Part shown: positions 27,650-38,666 of the stretch, piece after piece
Layout: every line of letters starts with the position of its first letter
Position numbering within the stretch: the first letter of the stretch is position 1
Origin: Candidatus Micrarchaeia archaeon
Lineage (GTDB): Archaea; Micrarchaeota; Micrarchaeia; Micrarchaeales; CABMGC01
Direction: 5' to 3'
NCBI GenBank assembly: GCA_049976305.1
Contig: JBMFIM010000001.1
Coordinates: 1-64,000 of the forward strand
DNA: 64,000 nt
Made by a program: the position numbers and the translations under genes
The notes under the pieces: generated by a model
The model's database searches: none
What the model saw: the letters and a program-made list of their open reading frames with translations, nothing else
What the model was told of the DNA's origin: nothing

Positions 27650-28702
27650 GTCTGTGCTTCCGTGCAGCATTTCATCTGCTTTTTTCTTTATTCCTTCTTC
27701 AGTGTACTCAGCATACTGCACGCCGCCCATGACTACCATTACCTTGACTGTATTCTTCTGCAGCTGAGGTTCTATCTTGGCGCCCCATTTTAGCAATGCG
27801 TCCTTGCTTATCCTGCTTGCTACTTCTTGGAATATGCTTTCGGCCTCTCTCAAGGTAAGGTCCGGCCCTCCTATTATGTTTACCAACGCCCTCTGAGCAG
27901 TGCTTAGGTCAACATCAAGCAACGGGCTCTTCAGCGTGTTTTCTACCGCTATTAATGCCCTGTCTTTTGTCTCCACGCCGTTGCTCTCTCCCAAGCCTAT
28001 TACTGCATAGCCTGAATCCTTAAGCACGCTTCTCAAATCCGCGAAATCCAAATTAACCATTCCTGGCTTTGTAACCATCTCCACTATGCCCTTCGTTGCA
28101 TTCGCAAGCACTTCATCGCTTACCTTGAAAGCCATGTTAAGCGGAAGGTCTGGCGCAACGCCAAGAAGCTTGTCGTTAGGTATTATTATCGTGGTATCGG
28201 TCATGCGCTTTAGCTTTGCCAAGCCCTCCAGGGCGTTGTGCATCCTTAGCCTTCCCTCGCTAGAGAAAGGCAGAGTGACTATGCCGACTGTTAGCGCACC
28301 GTTTTCCTTTGCTTCGTGCGCTATCACGGGAGCCGAGCCTGTGCCTGTGCCGCCGCCAAGCCCACAGGTGACAAAAACAAGCTGGGCGTCGCTAAGCATG
28401 TGCCTTATTTCTTCCTTGCTTTCCAATGCAGCTTCTTCTCCGAGCTTTGGATCGCTACCTGCTCCCAAGCCCCTAGTTGTCTTTTTGCCAAGCAATAGCT
28501 TCCGGTGCGCTTTGGTTATAGCAAGATGGTGGGCGTCGGTGTTTGCAGCTATGAGCGTTGCGCCTTCTATATTCATTTCGAACATTCGCGAGATTGTATT
28601 GGAGCCGCTGCCGCCTGCACCTACAATGTATATCTTTGGCTTTGCAGCCTCTATGAATTTAAGCAATTCTTCGTCATCGGGAGAGGTAAAACCTTCAGCC
28701 AT
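27629..28702 (-). CDS. ftsZ: cell division protein FtsZ (paralog B)
   Basis: GAGGSGSN, GLGGGTGTG, NLDFAD. Confidence 0.96.
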   Translation of the reverse strand: MAEGFTSPDDEELLKFIEAAKPKIYIVGAGGSGSNTISRMFEMNIEGATLIAANTDAHHLAITKAHRKLLLGKKTTRGLGAGSDPKLGEEAALESKEEIRHMLSDAQLVFVTCGLGGGTGTGSAPVIAHEAKENGALTVGIVTLPFSSEGRLRMHNALEGLAKLKRMTDTTIIIPNDKLLGVAPDLPLNMAFKVSDEVLANATKGIVEMVTKPGMVNLDFADLRSVLKDSGYAVIGLGESNGVETKDRALIAVENTLKSPLLDVDLSTAQRALVNIIGGPDLTLREAESIFQEVASRISKDALLKWGAKIEPQLQKNTVKVMVVMGGVQYAEYTEEGIKKKADEMLHGSTDLDDIFG

Positions 28703-28831
28703 AACATCCACTTATCTAGTCGCCTGATATAAAGACGCTGCTAAGAAATAAATACTTTTTGAGAGGCTAGCAAAGCAGGCAGGCTAGAAGCAAATCGAAA
28801 GATTGATATTGCTAAAGCGAGGAATTGCTTC

Positions 28832-29413
28832 ATGGCGAACGTTGTTTTTGTTTTTGGCACACCCGGAGCAGGGAAATCGAGCACACTCAGCGAGCTTGAA
28901 AACTTTGCAAATGGCAAGGCGACAAAGGTGAACATCGGAGACGAGATGCTAAAGCTTGCACAAAAGGAGTTTGGCATTACCGACAGGGATGCAATGAGAA
29001 AGATCAGCAACTATGCAGAAATATCGGAGCGATGGAGGCATGAAATACTTGAAAGCATAGCCAGGCAAGAAGGCCTTGTGCTAGTTGATACCCACGCAAG
29101 CATAAAATCTGAAAGCAGGCTTAGCCCTGGATTAAGCTTTAGCGACCTAGAGCTGCTAAAAGGCAGTGCAAAGGCTATTGTATACATAGACGCCTCAACA
29201 GAGGAAATAATTGCTAGGAGGCAGCGAGACACTACAAGGAAAAGGGAGCAAGAAACACCTGAAGAGATAGACCTTCAAAGGTCTATCAATCTAGCAATGT
29301 GCTCGCTGTTTTCAGCATACCTTAATATACCCCTTTATGTAATACATAACAGGGAAGGCAAGCTGGAAGAGACTAGGAAGCAGCTTGCTAAAGTGCTAGA
29401 AGGATTGGTATGA
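28832..29413 (+). CDS. adkA: archaeal adenylate kinase
   Basis: GTPGAGKSS, DTHA, RRQRDTTRKR. Confidence 0.88.
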   Translation: MANVVFVFGTPGAGKSSTLSELENFANGKATKVNIGDEMLKLAQKEFGITDRDAMRKISNYAEISERWRHEILESIARQEGLVLVDTHASIKSESRLSPGLSFSDLELLKGSAKAIVYIDASTEEIIARRQRDTTRKREQETPEEIDLQRSINLAMCSLFSAYLNIPLYVIHNREGKLEETRKQLAKVLEGLV

Positions 29414-29865
29414 TGCTTGTTGCCATTGCTTTGATTGCTATTGCTGCACTCTACGTTGTGTTCTCGGTATATTTGCAAAGAAAGCTGGTAAACCCGGCTA
29501 GGCTTCGCGAAGTCCAAGAAACCATAAAGACCAAGACAAAGGAGCTTAATGAGCTTAGCAAAAGCAATGCCGGCGCAGAGGTGCTTGCGCAAAAGCAGAA
29601 AGAGCTTATGCCGCTCCTAAACGAAACAATGAAGATGCAGTTCAAGCCTATGCTGGTAATCTTGCCCATTTTCATAATTTTGTATTACCTGCTCCTCCCG
29701 CTAGCTTTCCATGGCACTGTCAGCTTCTTCTCGATAAAGATGAGTTACCAGCTTTTCTTCATACTTTTCAGCTTCGCGTTCGGCATTATTGCCTCTATAG
29801 CGGTATCGCTCCATGACAGAAAAATGGCAAAGGCGCAAGCAGCGCTCAGAATGTCTCAATCCTAG
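29410..29865 (+). CDS. EMC3/TMCO1 (DUF106, Oxa1 superfamily) membrane protein
   Basis: TM-coiled coil-MQFKPM-TM-TM; follows adk. Confidence 0.85.
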   Translation: MMLVAIALIAIAALYVVFSVYLQRKLVNPARLREVQETIKTKTKELNELSKSNAGAEVLAQKQKELMPLLNETMKMQFKPMLVILPIFIILYYLLLPLAFHGTVSFFSIKMSYQLFFILFSFAFGIIASIAVSLHDRKMAKAQAALRMSQS

Positions 29866-30598
29866 GCCACACAATCTCTTCTTGTTCGCTGCTCATTTCT
29901 TCAGCAATCTCCACTGCGCTTATCCTGCTATAAACAACGGCAAGAATAGAAAAGAGGGTTATTACTGCTATTACCACAAAATACGTCGCGTTTGTATTCA
30001 GATATTCGAAGCTAGAGACAATAAGCATCGCAATGGCCACAGAGCCGGATGCAACATACACCCTGCCAAGCCTAAGGAGCATCAGCACGCCAGAAACGGC
30101 AAGGGCCAGAAGCATTATGAAATTTAGGAAGCTCATGCCATAGGCATAGTTGGCACTGTTTAGAAATCCAAAGAAGCCAACTTTTTGCATGTAGCTGAAA
30201 AGCAGGCCATACTGAGAGAAGGTAAAGAATCCAAAAGCGGCAGCGTCAAAAAGAATAATAAGGCCTGCAACAAGGCTTATTGTGGTTAATGCAACTTTGC
30301 TGGGCTTTTGAGCTGTAGGCGGCTGAGGCGCGGCAAACTCTATGCCCGCCTCTTCAGCCTTCTGCCTCTCTATCTGCTCCCTGACTTCCTCCTCTATTTC
30401 CCTCGCAATTTCAAGCTCCTTTTCTTCTGGCGTCTCTTCTTTTTCTTGAGGGTTTTGCGTAGCGGGCTTGGCTTGAGGTCGGGTACTAAGCTGCGGTTGA
30501 GGCTGGGGTTTTGGCTTCTCAGCCTGCGGGGCCTGCTTCTGAGTTGTCATGCCCCTTGCCCTGAATATCATTATATCGTTTACATCTACAGGCATCAA
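29846..30598 (-). CDS. hypothetical membrane protein with P/Q-rich N-terminus
   Basis: low-complexity N-terminus plus about 4 TM segments. Confidence 0.7.
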   Translation of the reverse strand: MMPVDVNDIMIFRARGMTTQKQAPQAEKPKPQPQPQLSTRPQAKPATQNPQEKEETPEEKELEIAREIEEEVREQIERQKAEEAGIEFAAPQPPTAQKPSKVALTTISLVAGLIILFDAAAFGFFTFSQYGLLFSYMQKVGFFGFLNSANYAYGMSFLNFIMLLALAVSGVLMLLRLGRVYVASGSVAIAMLIVSSFEYLNTNATYFVVIAVITLFSILAVVYSRISAVEIAEEMSSEQEEIVWPRIETF

Positions 30599-30825
30599 AC
30601 GCCGAGCCTCTTCCTATTGGCCAAGGCTTTCTTCTTTTCGAATATGCCAAGGTGCTTTGCGCAGCTTATGCAATAATAGACCTTCTTTCTCTCAAAGAAC
30701 CGCACATCGTTGGATGTGTGCAAGTCTGTAGAGAAAGAAACTACCTTCTCATAAGCCACTGCTTTGCTTCTTGGCACTTTCCTTCCGCAGTTGTCGCATG
30801 TCACGAGTTCTTCTCTTCCTCTCAT
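30595..30825 (-). CDS. rps26e: 30S ribosomal protein S26e
   Basis: CDNCGRKVPRSKA, YCISCAKH. Confidence 0.92.
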   Translation of the reverse strand: MRGREELVTCDNCGRKVPRSKAVAYEKVVSFSTDLHTSNDVRFFERKKVYYCISCAKHLGIFEKKKALANRKRLGV

Positions 30826-30888
30826 ACTATTGCCTTTTTGAAACTACCTTTATATTATTTTGTCTATTAAGTTTAATAAAGTGCTTGC

Positions 30889-31437
30889 ATGAGAATCCTT
30901 GTAATCAGCAATGTGCCAAAGGCGTTGGATCAGGTTGTAGATTCGCTTAAAGGCCACAACATAGTGGCAAAGGAAATGCCTATGCAAACACAGGAGCTTG
31001 TAGATGCAGTTGCAAGTGAGCTTGGAAAAGGCTATGATGTATGCGTGGTTGTGGCAAAAGATCCCGTTGGTACAGGCATTGCGTTGAACAAGCTTTCCGG
31101 CGTTTTTGCTGCAGTTTGCAACAATCCCGAGGATGTAGGCTTGGGCAAGGCAAACAATGCCAATGTCTTCATACTTAAAAGCAAAAACGAGCAGAATCCT
31201 GAAATCATAAATGCGATATCAGGCTTGGGCTACTCAAAGAGGTTCTTTTCCCTGCAGTTCCCAAAGTTTCAGCTTAGCCTAGGCAAGCAGCAAAGGCAGC
31301 AACAGACACAGCAGCCTCAGCAGACCAAAGCCAAACAGCAACAGGCACAGCAGGCAAGCAAAGATGAGGCAGAAGAGCAGAAAGGAGATGGGAAAGGAAT
31401 ACTTGGAAAGATTAAAAACGCGCTAGGAATCGTTTGA
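30889..31437 (+). CDS. RpiB/LacAB-fold protein, degenerate, Q-rich tail
   Basis: GTGIALNKLSGVFAAVC...NNANVF. Confidence 0.7.
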   Translation: MRILVISNVPKALDQVVDSLKGHNIVAKEMPMQTQELVDAVASELGKGYDVCVVVAKDPVGTGIALNKLSGVFAAVCNNPEDVGLGKANNANVFILKSKNEQNPEIINAISGLGYSKRFFSLQFPKFQLSLGKQQRQQQTQQPQQTKAKQQQAQQASKDEAEEQKGDGKGILGKIKNALGIV

Positions 31438-31742
31438 TGGAAAATTGCAAAAAGATTGTCAAGCTAATCCTGCCTGCGGTAAGGCTTGCGGTTACTAGAA
31501 AGGCCGCTGCAAAGGGGATTTCACAGGTAAAAATTGCTAAATATCTTGGAATTGCTCAGGCTGAGGTTAGCAAGTACCTAAGCGGCAATGTGTCAAATCA
31601 TATAAAGGAGTTGGCAAACAAAGTAGCAAGCAGCGAAAAGCAAATCGACGAAATAGTAGACACTATAGAGAATACTGGAGATGAAGAAGCTGTTTCAAAA
31701 AAGATCGACGCTTTGTGCGCAGAACTAGGCAACAGTCTATAA
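31434..31742 (+). CDS. small HTH transcriptional regulator
   Basis: LPAVR...GISQVKIAKYLGIAQAEVSKYL. Confidence 0.82.
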   Translation: MMENCKKIVKLILPAVRLAVTRKAAAKGISQVKIAKYLGIAQAEVSKYLSGNVSNHIKELANKVASSEKQIDEIVDTIENTGDEEAVSKKIDALCAELGNSL

Positions 31743-31783
31743 CAGGCTTATAAATTTTTATGCTGAAAATAGAAGGTGGGAAG

Positions 31784-33058
31784 ATGGCAGAGGAGTTGAA
31801 TCCATTCAAAATAGCACAAAAGCAGCTTGAAGATGCTGCGGAAATAATGCAACTTGACAGGCAGGTGCTTGAGCTTCTAAAGGAGCCGCAGCAAACAGTG
31901 ATTGTGAATTTTCCTGTAGAAATGAGAGACGGCACGGTAAAGACTTTCACTGGATTTAGAGTCCTTTATAACAATGCAAGAGGTCCGGGCAAAGGAGGTA
32001 TAAGATACCACCCGCAGGAAAGCTTGGATACGGTAAAGGCACTTGCTGCATGGATGACTTGGAAAACTGCGCTTGCTAACTTGCCATATGGCGGCGCCAA
32101 GGGCGGAGTAATATGCGATCCGAAGCAGCTAAGCGATAAGGAGCTTGAAAACTTGTCAAGAGGGTATATACGCGCAATAGCAAACTTCATAGGGCCGAAT
32201 GTAGATGTGCCGGCGCCTGATGTCTATACCACTCCCCAGATAATGGCTTGGATGATGGATGAATATAGCAAGCTAAAGGGCGCCAACGAATTTGCTGTTA
32301 TAACAGGCAAGCCTCTAGAGGTCTGGGGCTCGGAAGGCAGGTTTGACTCCACAGCCATGGGAGGCATGTATGTGCTCAGGGAGGCAGCAAAGCTAAAGGG
32401 CATAGACCTTAAGAAGGCGAAGATAGCAATCCAGGGCTTTGGCAACGCAGGCATGTTCGCAATGGACCTTGTTACAAAACTGTTTGGCTCAAAGGTAGTG
32501 GCAATAAGCGATTCAAAAGGCGGGGTTTACTGCGAAGATGGGCTTGATTTTGAAAAGTTGAAAGAGGCCAAGGCAAAAACCGGCAGCGTACAGAACTATG
32601 AAGGCAATAACGTAAGGAAGATAAGCAACGAAGAACTGCTTGAGTCTGATGTTGACGTGCTCATACCCGCAGCAATAGAAAACCAGATAACAGGCGACAA
32701 TGCAGACAAGATAAATGCGAAGATTGTGCTAGAGCTAGCAAACGGGCCGGTTACACCTGCAGCCGATGCAATATTATGGGATAAGGGAGTGCTTGATCTT
32801 CCTGACTTTCTAGTCAATTCAGGAGGAGTAATTGTTTCCTACTTTGAATGGGTACAGAACTTGCAGGCATACTACTGGACAGCAGACGAGGTTTACAAGA
32901 AGCTAGATACCATAATCACTCGGTCATTCAACGATGTAATAAGCATGCAGAAGCAGTATGCTGACAAAGGAAAGAAAATAAGCCCAAGAACTGCTGCATA
33001 CATAGTGGCTGTGAGCAGAGTAGTGGCTGCCATGAAAGTAAGGGGCTGGATCCACTGA
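31784..33058 (+). CDS. gdhA: glutamate dehydrogenase (Glu/Leu/Phe/Val family)
   Basis: [27 protein letters not shown]. Confidence 0.95.
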   Translation: MAEELNPFKIAQKQLEDAAEIMQLDRQVLELLKEPQQTVIVNFPVEMRDGTVKTFTGFRVLYNNARGPGKGGIRYHPQESLDTVKALAAWMTWKTALANLPYGGAKGGVICDPKQLSDKELENLSRGYIRAIANFIGPNVDVPAPDVYTTPQIMAWMMDEYSKLKGANEFAVITGKPLEVWGSEGRFDSTAMGGMYVLREAAKLKGIDLKKAKIAIQGFGNAGMFAMDLVTKLFGSKVVAISDSKGGVYCEDGLDFEKLKEAKAKTGSVQNYEGNNVRKISNEELLESDVDVLIPAAIENQITGDNADKINAKIVLELANGPVTPAADAILWDKGVLDLPDFLVNSGGVIVSYFEWVQNLQAYYWTADEVYKKLDTIITRSFNDVISMQKQYADKGKKISPRTAAYIVAVSRVVAAMKVRGWIH

Positions 33059-33061
33059 ACA

Positions 33062-33739
33062 CTAAACCTTCTTCAAAGTCACAGGAAGCTTATCGCTCAG
33101 CCTGACAAGCTTTACATAGAAGAATGCATGTGACTCTACATCGTTTGTCAGGCTTACTGCGTCTTCCTTGTAATCATACCTAATAAAAGCACTCTTGCCA
33201 TCATCATCGGCAAAGGTATAGTAGAAGGTTGGCACATCGTTTTCAAGCTCGCCGAGAAGATCGAATGCGCCAAACACGCTCTTTCCTCCTTCATTAGCGA
33301 CATATGCAATTGGCAGGACTTCTTCTTGCACCGCTTTTTTGACAAAAAGCTTTGCCATATCCAGCAAGCTCTCTAGGCCAACGGTAGGAATGCTTATGGT
33401 TCGTGCTTTTGCCTCAAGCTTGCTAAAATCCGCACTAACCACTGCAAGCGAGCAACGGGTATCTGATGCAATAGCTGTAACGTCCTCAATCTTATCAACC
33501 ATCTCTACTGCTTCTCCACTTTTGTCTAAAGAATAAACAAGATATCTCTTTGCCTGTTCAACAGGAAAGTAGTAAGCTAGGACTGTGCTATCGAGCTTCT
33601 CACCCAAGGCCACCAGCAAATTGGTGCCGTTCTTCTTGTATAGAAAAAGGAGGTTGCTCTTGTCTACACTGCACGCCCGCCTACATATGTCGCTGATGCC
33701 TTTAGCCTTTAGCAGCAAAAGCCTGTTTGCCTGGCCCAT
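33062..33739 (-). CDS. hypothetical protein
   Basis: 225-aa ORF with GGTGA SD; no recognised motif. Confidence 0.7.
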   Translation of the reverse strand: MGQANRLLLLKAKGISDICRRACSVDKSNLLFLYKKNGTNLLVALGEKLDSTVLAYYFPVEQAKRYLVYSLDKSGEAVEMVDKIEDVTAIASDTRCSLAVVSADFSKLEAKARTISIPTVGLESLLDMAKLFVKKAVQEEVLPIAYVANEGGKSVFGAFDLLGELENDVPTFYYTFADDDGKSAFIRYDYKEDAVSLTNDVESHAFFYVKLVRLSDKLPVTLKKV

Positions 33740-33743
33740 ATGT

Positions 33744-34556
33744 TCACCTGCTTATCAGCCTTAGCAATTGCATAATGACATAGGCAGGTTCGTAGGTGAT
33801 TGGAGATATCAAAATCCCCTGGCTCAAGGCAGCATAGTCATTTCCTACACTTACGTTGACTATAAGCGTTTCGGGAAAAACCTTTTTGACAAGCGAGCTC
33901 GTAGCTGACGCTACAAAAAGTTTGAAATGGTAAACGCCAGGCTCGTTCTCGTACACGGGCAAATAGAAGGTTGTGGGAGTATCTTTCTTTGCTATTACCT
34001 CATAGCTCTCGGCAAAGGCGGGAAGGCCCTGGGTATATAGCAAGAAAGGATCGTCTGAAGCTCCTGTGTTGTTTATGAAAATGTGGAGGTTTACTGGCTG
34101 GCCTACTCCGCTGTGCAAAACCAACGGCGAGACATTGGCTATTAGCACATCTGGCGTGACATTGATAAAGGCAGTAAAAGTAAGATTGCCAAGGCCTGAA
34201 TAATTTCCTATGTTGACAGCCCTTGCCACTATGGCATATGTGCCGTTTGGCGCATTCTGAGCGACTGTTATTTTAAGCTTCATTGGATTAGCGTAAAGCG
34301 GCGAAGGCTGAGACGTCCATCCAGAAGGCAGGCTTATTGTTTGCAAAGTGTCCCAACCTATGTTTATCATCATGCCGTTTGCATTGGTAGTATCTGCATC
34401 TGCATCTATATAGAAGCTTTCGCCAGGCCCCACCTTTCCTAAATAAAGGCTACTGCCATTGTGGAGTGTGGCCTGTACAGGATAAGTCAAGCTAAGGTAT
34501 GCTGCATTAGCAAGCACCATAGAAGCAAAGGCAAACAACAAAGGCAAAAGCTTCAT
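33744..34556 (-). CDS. secreted/surface hypothetical protein (Ig-like)
   Basis: signal peptide; beta-rich with N-glycosylation sequons. Confidence 0.72.
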   Translation of the reverse strand: MKLLPLLFAFASMVLANAAYLSLTYPVQATLHNGSSLYLGKVGPGESFYIDADADTTNANGMMINIGWDTLQTISLPSGWTSQPSPLYANPMKLKITVAQNAPNGTYAIVARAVNIGNYSGLGNLTFTAFINVTPDVLIANVSPLVLHSGVGQPVNLHIFINNTGASDDPFLLYTQGLPAFAESYEVIAKKDTPTTFYLPVYENEPGVYHFKLFVASATSSLVKKVFPETLIVNVSVGNDYAALSQGILISPITYEPAYVIMQLLRLISR

Positions 34557-34660
34557 AATTTAGACTGCTAATGCAAAAAATATAAATGAGTAACCACTTT
34601 TGTTCTTGCTCCGGTGAAAGCCACTTTAGTTTTGAAGTTTTTTAACAAATTTTTATGTTA

Positions 34661-34682
34661 TTTTCCAAAAAATCTTAGAAAA
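34661..34682. promoter_or_regulatory. candidate operator upstream of the HTH-grpE-dnaK-dnaJ operon
   Basis: TTTTCCAA-N6-TTAGAAAA imperfect inverted repeat just upstream of TTTATATA. Confidence 0.3.
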
Positions 34683-34722
34683 AAGCAAAAATTTATATAT
34701 CTGAATTACACCAAATAAAAAC

Positions 34723-35124
34723 ATGCCTCGCAGGACCTTACTACTCAATACGCCACAGCAAAAGGGAGAGAGCACTTCAGAGCTTACAGACATGCTTTGC
34801 AGTGCGCTGGGCATAGCAAACAAGACTGAAGACAAAAAGGTTTTCAAGGAGATTGTAGAAAAAAGTCTCAGGGGAGTAGGAGTAACAAGCAAGGCACTCA
34901 GCAGAGAGCTAAAGCTTCCAAGAAGCACAGTGATATACAAACTTAATTACTTCATAGAAAGCGGGCTTGTAGTAAGGAAAGGCAGGCAGTACTTCCTAAG
35001 GGGAAGCAACATGGAAGAAACAATACAGCAACTCGAGGCTGAGGTAGAAAGCACTTTCGAGAGGCTGCTTAAGCTTGCTTCAAAGCTTGACAAATTGATA
35101 GAAAGTGAGATTTATGGCAAATGA
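34723..35124 (+). CDS. wHTH regulator leading the chaperone operon
   Basis: SKALSRELKLPRSTVIYKLNYFIESGLV; overlaps grpE start. Confidence 0.8.
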   Translation: MPRRTLLLNTPQQKGESTSELTDMLCSALGIANKTEDKKVFKEIVEKSLRGVGVTSKALSRELKLPRSTVIYKLNYFIESGLVVRKGRQYFLRGSNMEETIQQLEAEVESTFERLLKLASKLDKLIESEIYGK

Positions 35125-35704
35125 AGAAAAGGCCAACGGCACAAACAAGAGAGAGCAGAGTGAGAGCAACACAAACAGCAATACTGAAGCTAAGCAACAA
35201 GAGAACAAGGAGGGCAACAAGCAGCAGCAGGAAAAACAGCAACAGCAGGAAAACGAGCTTGAAAAGAAGGAAAAGGAAATCGCAGAACTCAAGGACAGGC
35301 TTCTGAGGCTTGCAGCAGAATTTGATAACTACAAAAAGAAAGTTGCAAGCGACGTACAGTCGGCAAAGGATGTTGGCAAGGCAGAGCTCGTTTCCAAGCT
35401 ATTGCCTGTAATAGACGCTTTCGAAATAGCGCTTTACTCTTCGTCGCTCAGCGAGCAGCAAAAAGAAGTAACCAAGGGTTTTGAGCTCATCTTCAGCGAG
35501 CTATATGAAACCCTTAAAAACGAAGGCATGCAAGAAGTAGAAGTCAAAGGAAAATTTGACCCATACACGCAAGAGGTGCTGCTTACAAAACCTAGCGAAA
35601 AACCTGAGGGCAGTGTAATAGAAGTAGTAAGGAAAGGTTATGCTTTCAAAGGCATTCTGATAAGACCTGCGAGTGTAATTGTATCGAATGGAAAGAAAGA
35701 GTGA
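35114..35704 (+). CDS. grpE: nucleotide exchange factor GrpE
   Basis: LRLAAEFDNYKK, FDPYTQE, GY...IRPASVIV. Confidence 0.95.
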   Translation: MANEEKANGTNKREQSESNTNSNTEAKQQENKEGNKQQQEKQQQQENELEKKEKEIAELKDRLLRLAAEFDNYKKKVASDVQSAKDVGKAELVSKLLPVIDAFEIALYSSSLSEQQKEVTKGFELIFSELYETLKNEGMQEVEVKGKFDPYTQEVLLTKPSEKPEGSVIEVVRKGYAFKGILIRPASVIVSNGKKE

Positions 35705-35713
35705 GGTGATATT

Positions 35714-37564
35714 ATGGCAAAGATAATAGGAATTGATTTGGGAACATCAAATAGCGCAGCTGCAGTACTACAGGGAGGTAGGCCTGTTCTAATACCAAGT
35801 GCAGAAGGAGTGACTCTATACGGCAAGGCTTTCCCTAGCTATGTGGCCTTCACCAAAGACGGCCAAGTGCTAGTAGGCGAGCCGGCAAGAAGGCAGGCAG
35901 TTGCCAATCCAGAAGGCACAGTAACAGCATTCAAGAGAAAAATGGGTACAGACTACAAGTACAAGATCTACGGCAAGGAATACAGGCCGCAGGAGCTTGC
36001 TGCTCTGCTTTTGCAGAAGATAAAGAAAGATGCAGAGGCTTTCCTCGGCGAAGAAGTAAAGCAAGCAGTTATTACAGTGCCTGCATATTTCAACGACAAC
36101 CAAAGGCAAGCTACAAAGGATGCTGCAGAAATAGCGGGCCTTGAAGTAGTCAGGCTTGTAAACGAGCCTACTGCTGCATGCTTAGCTTATGGCATAGACA
36201 AGGCCAATACCGAACAGAAAATACTAGTATACGACTTTGGAGGTGGCACACTTGATGTAACAATCATGGAATTCGGAGGTGGAGTGTTTGAGGTAAAGGC
36301 GACTAGCGGCGACACCCAGCTAGGCGGCACTGACATGGATAACGCACTGGTAAGCTTCTTGCAGGGGGAAATAAACAAGCAATATGGCATAGACATAAGC
36401 GCCGATGCACAAGCAATGCAGAGGCTTAGGGAAGCGGCTGAGAGGGCAAAGATTGAGCTTTCCAATACGCTGACAACGCAGATAAACCTGCCATTCTTAG
36501 CAATGGGCAAGGACGGCAAGCCGATAAACTTTACATATGATCTTACTAGAGCCAAGCTGGAAGAGATAGTCTTGCCAATAGTGGAAAGGACAAGAATTCC
36601 AATGATGCAGGCACTAAAAGACGCAAAGCTAGAGCCAAAAGACATAGACAAGGTAATATTAGTAGGTGGCCCAACAAGAATGCCTATAGTACAGAGATTT
36701 GTAGAGCAGCTACTGGGCAAGAAAATAGAAAGAGGGGTTGACCCAATGGAAGCAGTAGCCTTTGGAGCAGCAATACAGGCAGGCGTACTAACAGGCGAGG
36801 TAAAGGACATAGTGCTGCTAGATGTCACTCCACTTTCTCTAGGCATCGAAACCCTTGGCGGAGTAATGACCGTGCTTATACCCAGAAACACCACAATACC
36901 TATAAGGAAGTCGCAGATATTCACCACCGCTGAAGACGACCAGACTGCAGTAGAGATAAGAATATTGCAAGGCGAAAGGCCACTGGCAAAGGACAACACT
37001 TTGCTAGGAACATTCACACTTACAGGCATACCTCCAGCACCAAGAGGCACCCCGCAAATAGAAGTAACATTTGACATCGATGCAAACGGCATATTGCACG
37101 TAAGCGCCAAAGACAAAGCAACAGGCAAAGAGCAGAGCATGCGCGTAGTCGCACCTAACAAGATGAGCAGAGAAGAGATTGAGCAGAAGATAAAAGAAGC
37201 AGAGATGCACGCTGCACAGGACAAGGCGGAGCTAGAGCTTATAGAAGCAAAAAATGATGCAGAATCTCTGATTTATGCCACAAATAGGACACTCAAAGAC
37301 TACAGGGACAAGATACCAAAGGACATAGTGGATAGGGTTGAAGCAGCAATCAAAAACCTGGAAGAGGCAACGAAAGGCAACGATGCTGCTGAGATCAGGC
37401 AGAAAATAGAGGAGTTGAAGAAGGAGGCAGAGGCCATAGGAGCAAGCCTGTACGGTGCACAGGCAGGAGGCAGCTTTGGGCCAGGGGCAGGCTCGGGCTC
37501 CTCTGATTCAGGCGCAGGCGCTGGATCAAGCGACTCTGATGTAAACTTCAGGGTTGAGAAGTAA
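35714..37564 (+). CDS. dnaK: chaperone DnaK (Hsp70)
   Basis: [27 protein letters not shown]. Confidence 0.98.
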   Translation: MAKIIGIDLGTSNSAAAVLQGGRPVLIPSAEGVTLYGKAFPSYVAFTKDGQVLVGEPARRQAVANPEGTVTAFKRKMGTDYKYKIYGKEYRPQELAALLLQKIKKDAEAFLGEEVKQAVITVPAYFNDNQRQATKDAAEIAGLEVVRLVNEPTAACLAYGIDKANTEQKILVYDFGGGTLDVTIMEFGGGVFEVKATSGDTQLGGTDMDNALVSFLQGEINKQYGIDISADAQAMQRLREAAERAKIELSNTLTTQINLPFLAMGKDGKPINFTYDLTRAKLEEIVLPIVERTRIPMMQALKDAKLEPKDIDKVILVGGPTRMPIVQRFVEQLLGKKIERGVDPMEAVAFGAAIQAGVLTGEVKDIVLLDVTPLSLGIETLGGVMTVLIPRNTTIPIRKSQIFTTAEDDQTAVEIRILQGERPLAKDNTLLGTFTLTGIPPAPRGTPQIEVTFDIDANGILHVSAKDKATGKEQSMRVVAPNKMSREEIEQKIKEAEMHAAQDKAELELIEAKNDAESLIYATNRTLKDYRDKIPKDIVDRVEAAIKNLEEATKGNDAAEIRQKIEELKKEAEAIGASLYGAQAGGSFGPGAGSGSSDSGAGAGSSDSDVNFRVEK

Positions 37565-38655
37565 TGGCAAAGGACTATTACGAAATACTCGGCGTGCCAA
37601 AAAACGCCACTTTGGACGAGATAAAGAGAGCCTACAGGCAGCTTGTAATGAAATACCACCCGGATGTAAACAAAAGCAAGGAAGCAGAAGAAAAGATGCG
37701 AGAAATAAACGAGGCTTATGCAGTACTCAGCGACCCGGAAAAGCGTAGACGCTACGATATGCTTGGATCAGAGCAGTTCAGCCAGGAGTACAGCCCAGAA
37801 GACATATTCAGAGGATTCGACATCGAAAGCATCTTCAAAGATCTTGGTTTGAATTTTGATTTTGATTTTGACCTATTTCCAGGGTTTGGCAGAGGAGACT
37901 TTAGCGGCGAACAACCTAGAGGAAGCGATATTCTTTACAAGCTCAACCTTACTTTTGAAGAGGCTGCAAAAGGGACTGAGAAGGAGATAACAATCAGGCA
38001 TGTGAAGAAATGCCCGCACTGCAACGGAACAGGAGTAGAGCCTGGCTATGGCTACATTACTTGCGACAAGTGTGGAGGTACAGGTAGGCTTGTCAGTTTC
38101 AGGAACACATTCTTTGGCAGGCTGCAAACTGTCACTGTGTGCGACAAGTGTGGAGGAAGCGGCAAAATACCTGAAAAGAAATGCAACGTATGCCGTGGAA
38201 AAGGCGGAGTGGTAGGAGAAGACAAAATTAAGGTGGAAATACCGCCAGGAGTAATGGATGGTATGAGGCTAAGGCTTAGCGGCATGGGAGACTATGCTAA
38301 TGGCAGAAGCGGCGACCTCTACCTTGAAATCCATGTCGGCAAAAGCAAAGTGTTCGAAAGAAGCGGAGATGATTTGCTAGTAACGGTAACAATTCCGTTC
38401 TATACTGCTGCGCTGGGTGGCGAAATAGAGGTGCCAACGCTAGATGGTGCAAAGAGAATTGTAATACCTCCTGGAACCCAGCCAGGCACAAAGATAAGAA
38501 TTCCAAACGCAGGAATAAGGCACTTCAAGTCAAGTGGTAGCGGAGACGAGATAGTAACGCTTAATATAGAGATACCAAAAAGCCTCACACCAAACGAAAG
38601 GAAATTGCTTGAAGATTTCAAGAATTTGAGGGAAAAGAAAAGGCCCTTCTTCTAG
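37564..38655 (+). CDS. dnaJ: chaperone DnaJ
   Basis: HPD J-domain; four CxxCxGxG repeats. Confidence 0.97.
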   Translation: MAKDYYEILGVPKNATLDEIKRAYRQLVMKYHPDVNKSKEAEEKMREINEAYAVLSDPEKRRRYDMLGSEQFSQEYSPEDIFRGFDIESIFKDLGLNFDFDFDLFPGFGRGDFSGEQPRGSDILYKLNLTFEEAAKGTEKEITIRHVKKCPHCNGTGVEPGYGYITCDKCGGTGRLVSFRNTFFGRLQTVTVCDKCGGSGKIPEKKCNVCRGKGGVVGEDKIKVEIPPGVMDGMRLRLSGMGDYANGRSGDLYLEIHVGKSKVFERSGDDLLVTVTIPFYTAALGGEIEVPTLDGAKRIVIPPGTQPGTKIRIPNAGIRHFKSSGSGDEIVTLNIEIPKSLTPNERKLLEDFKNLREKKRPFF

Positions 38656-38666
38656 CCCCGCGTAGA

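Noticed and set aside
28086..28727. 213-aa antisense ORF (and 22909-23418)
   Set aside because: Shadows of the two ftsZ genes
36187..37224. 345-aa antisense ORF
   Set aside because: Shadow of dnaK on the opposite strand
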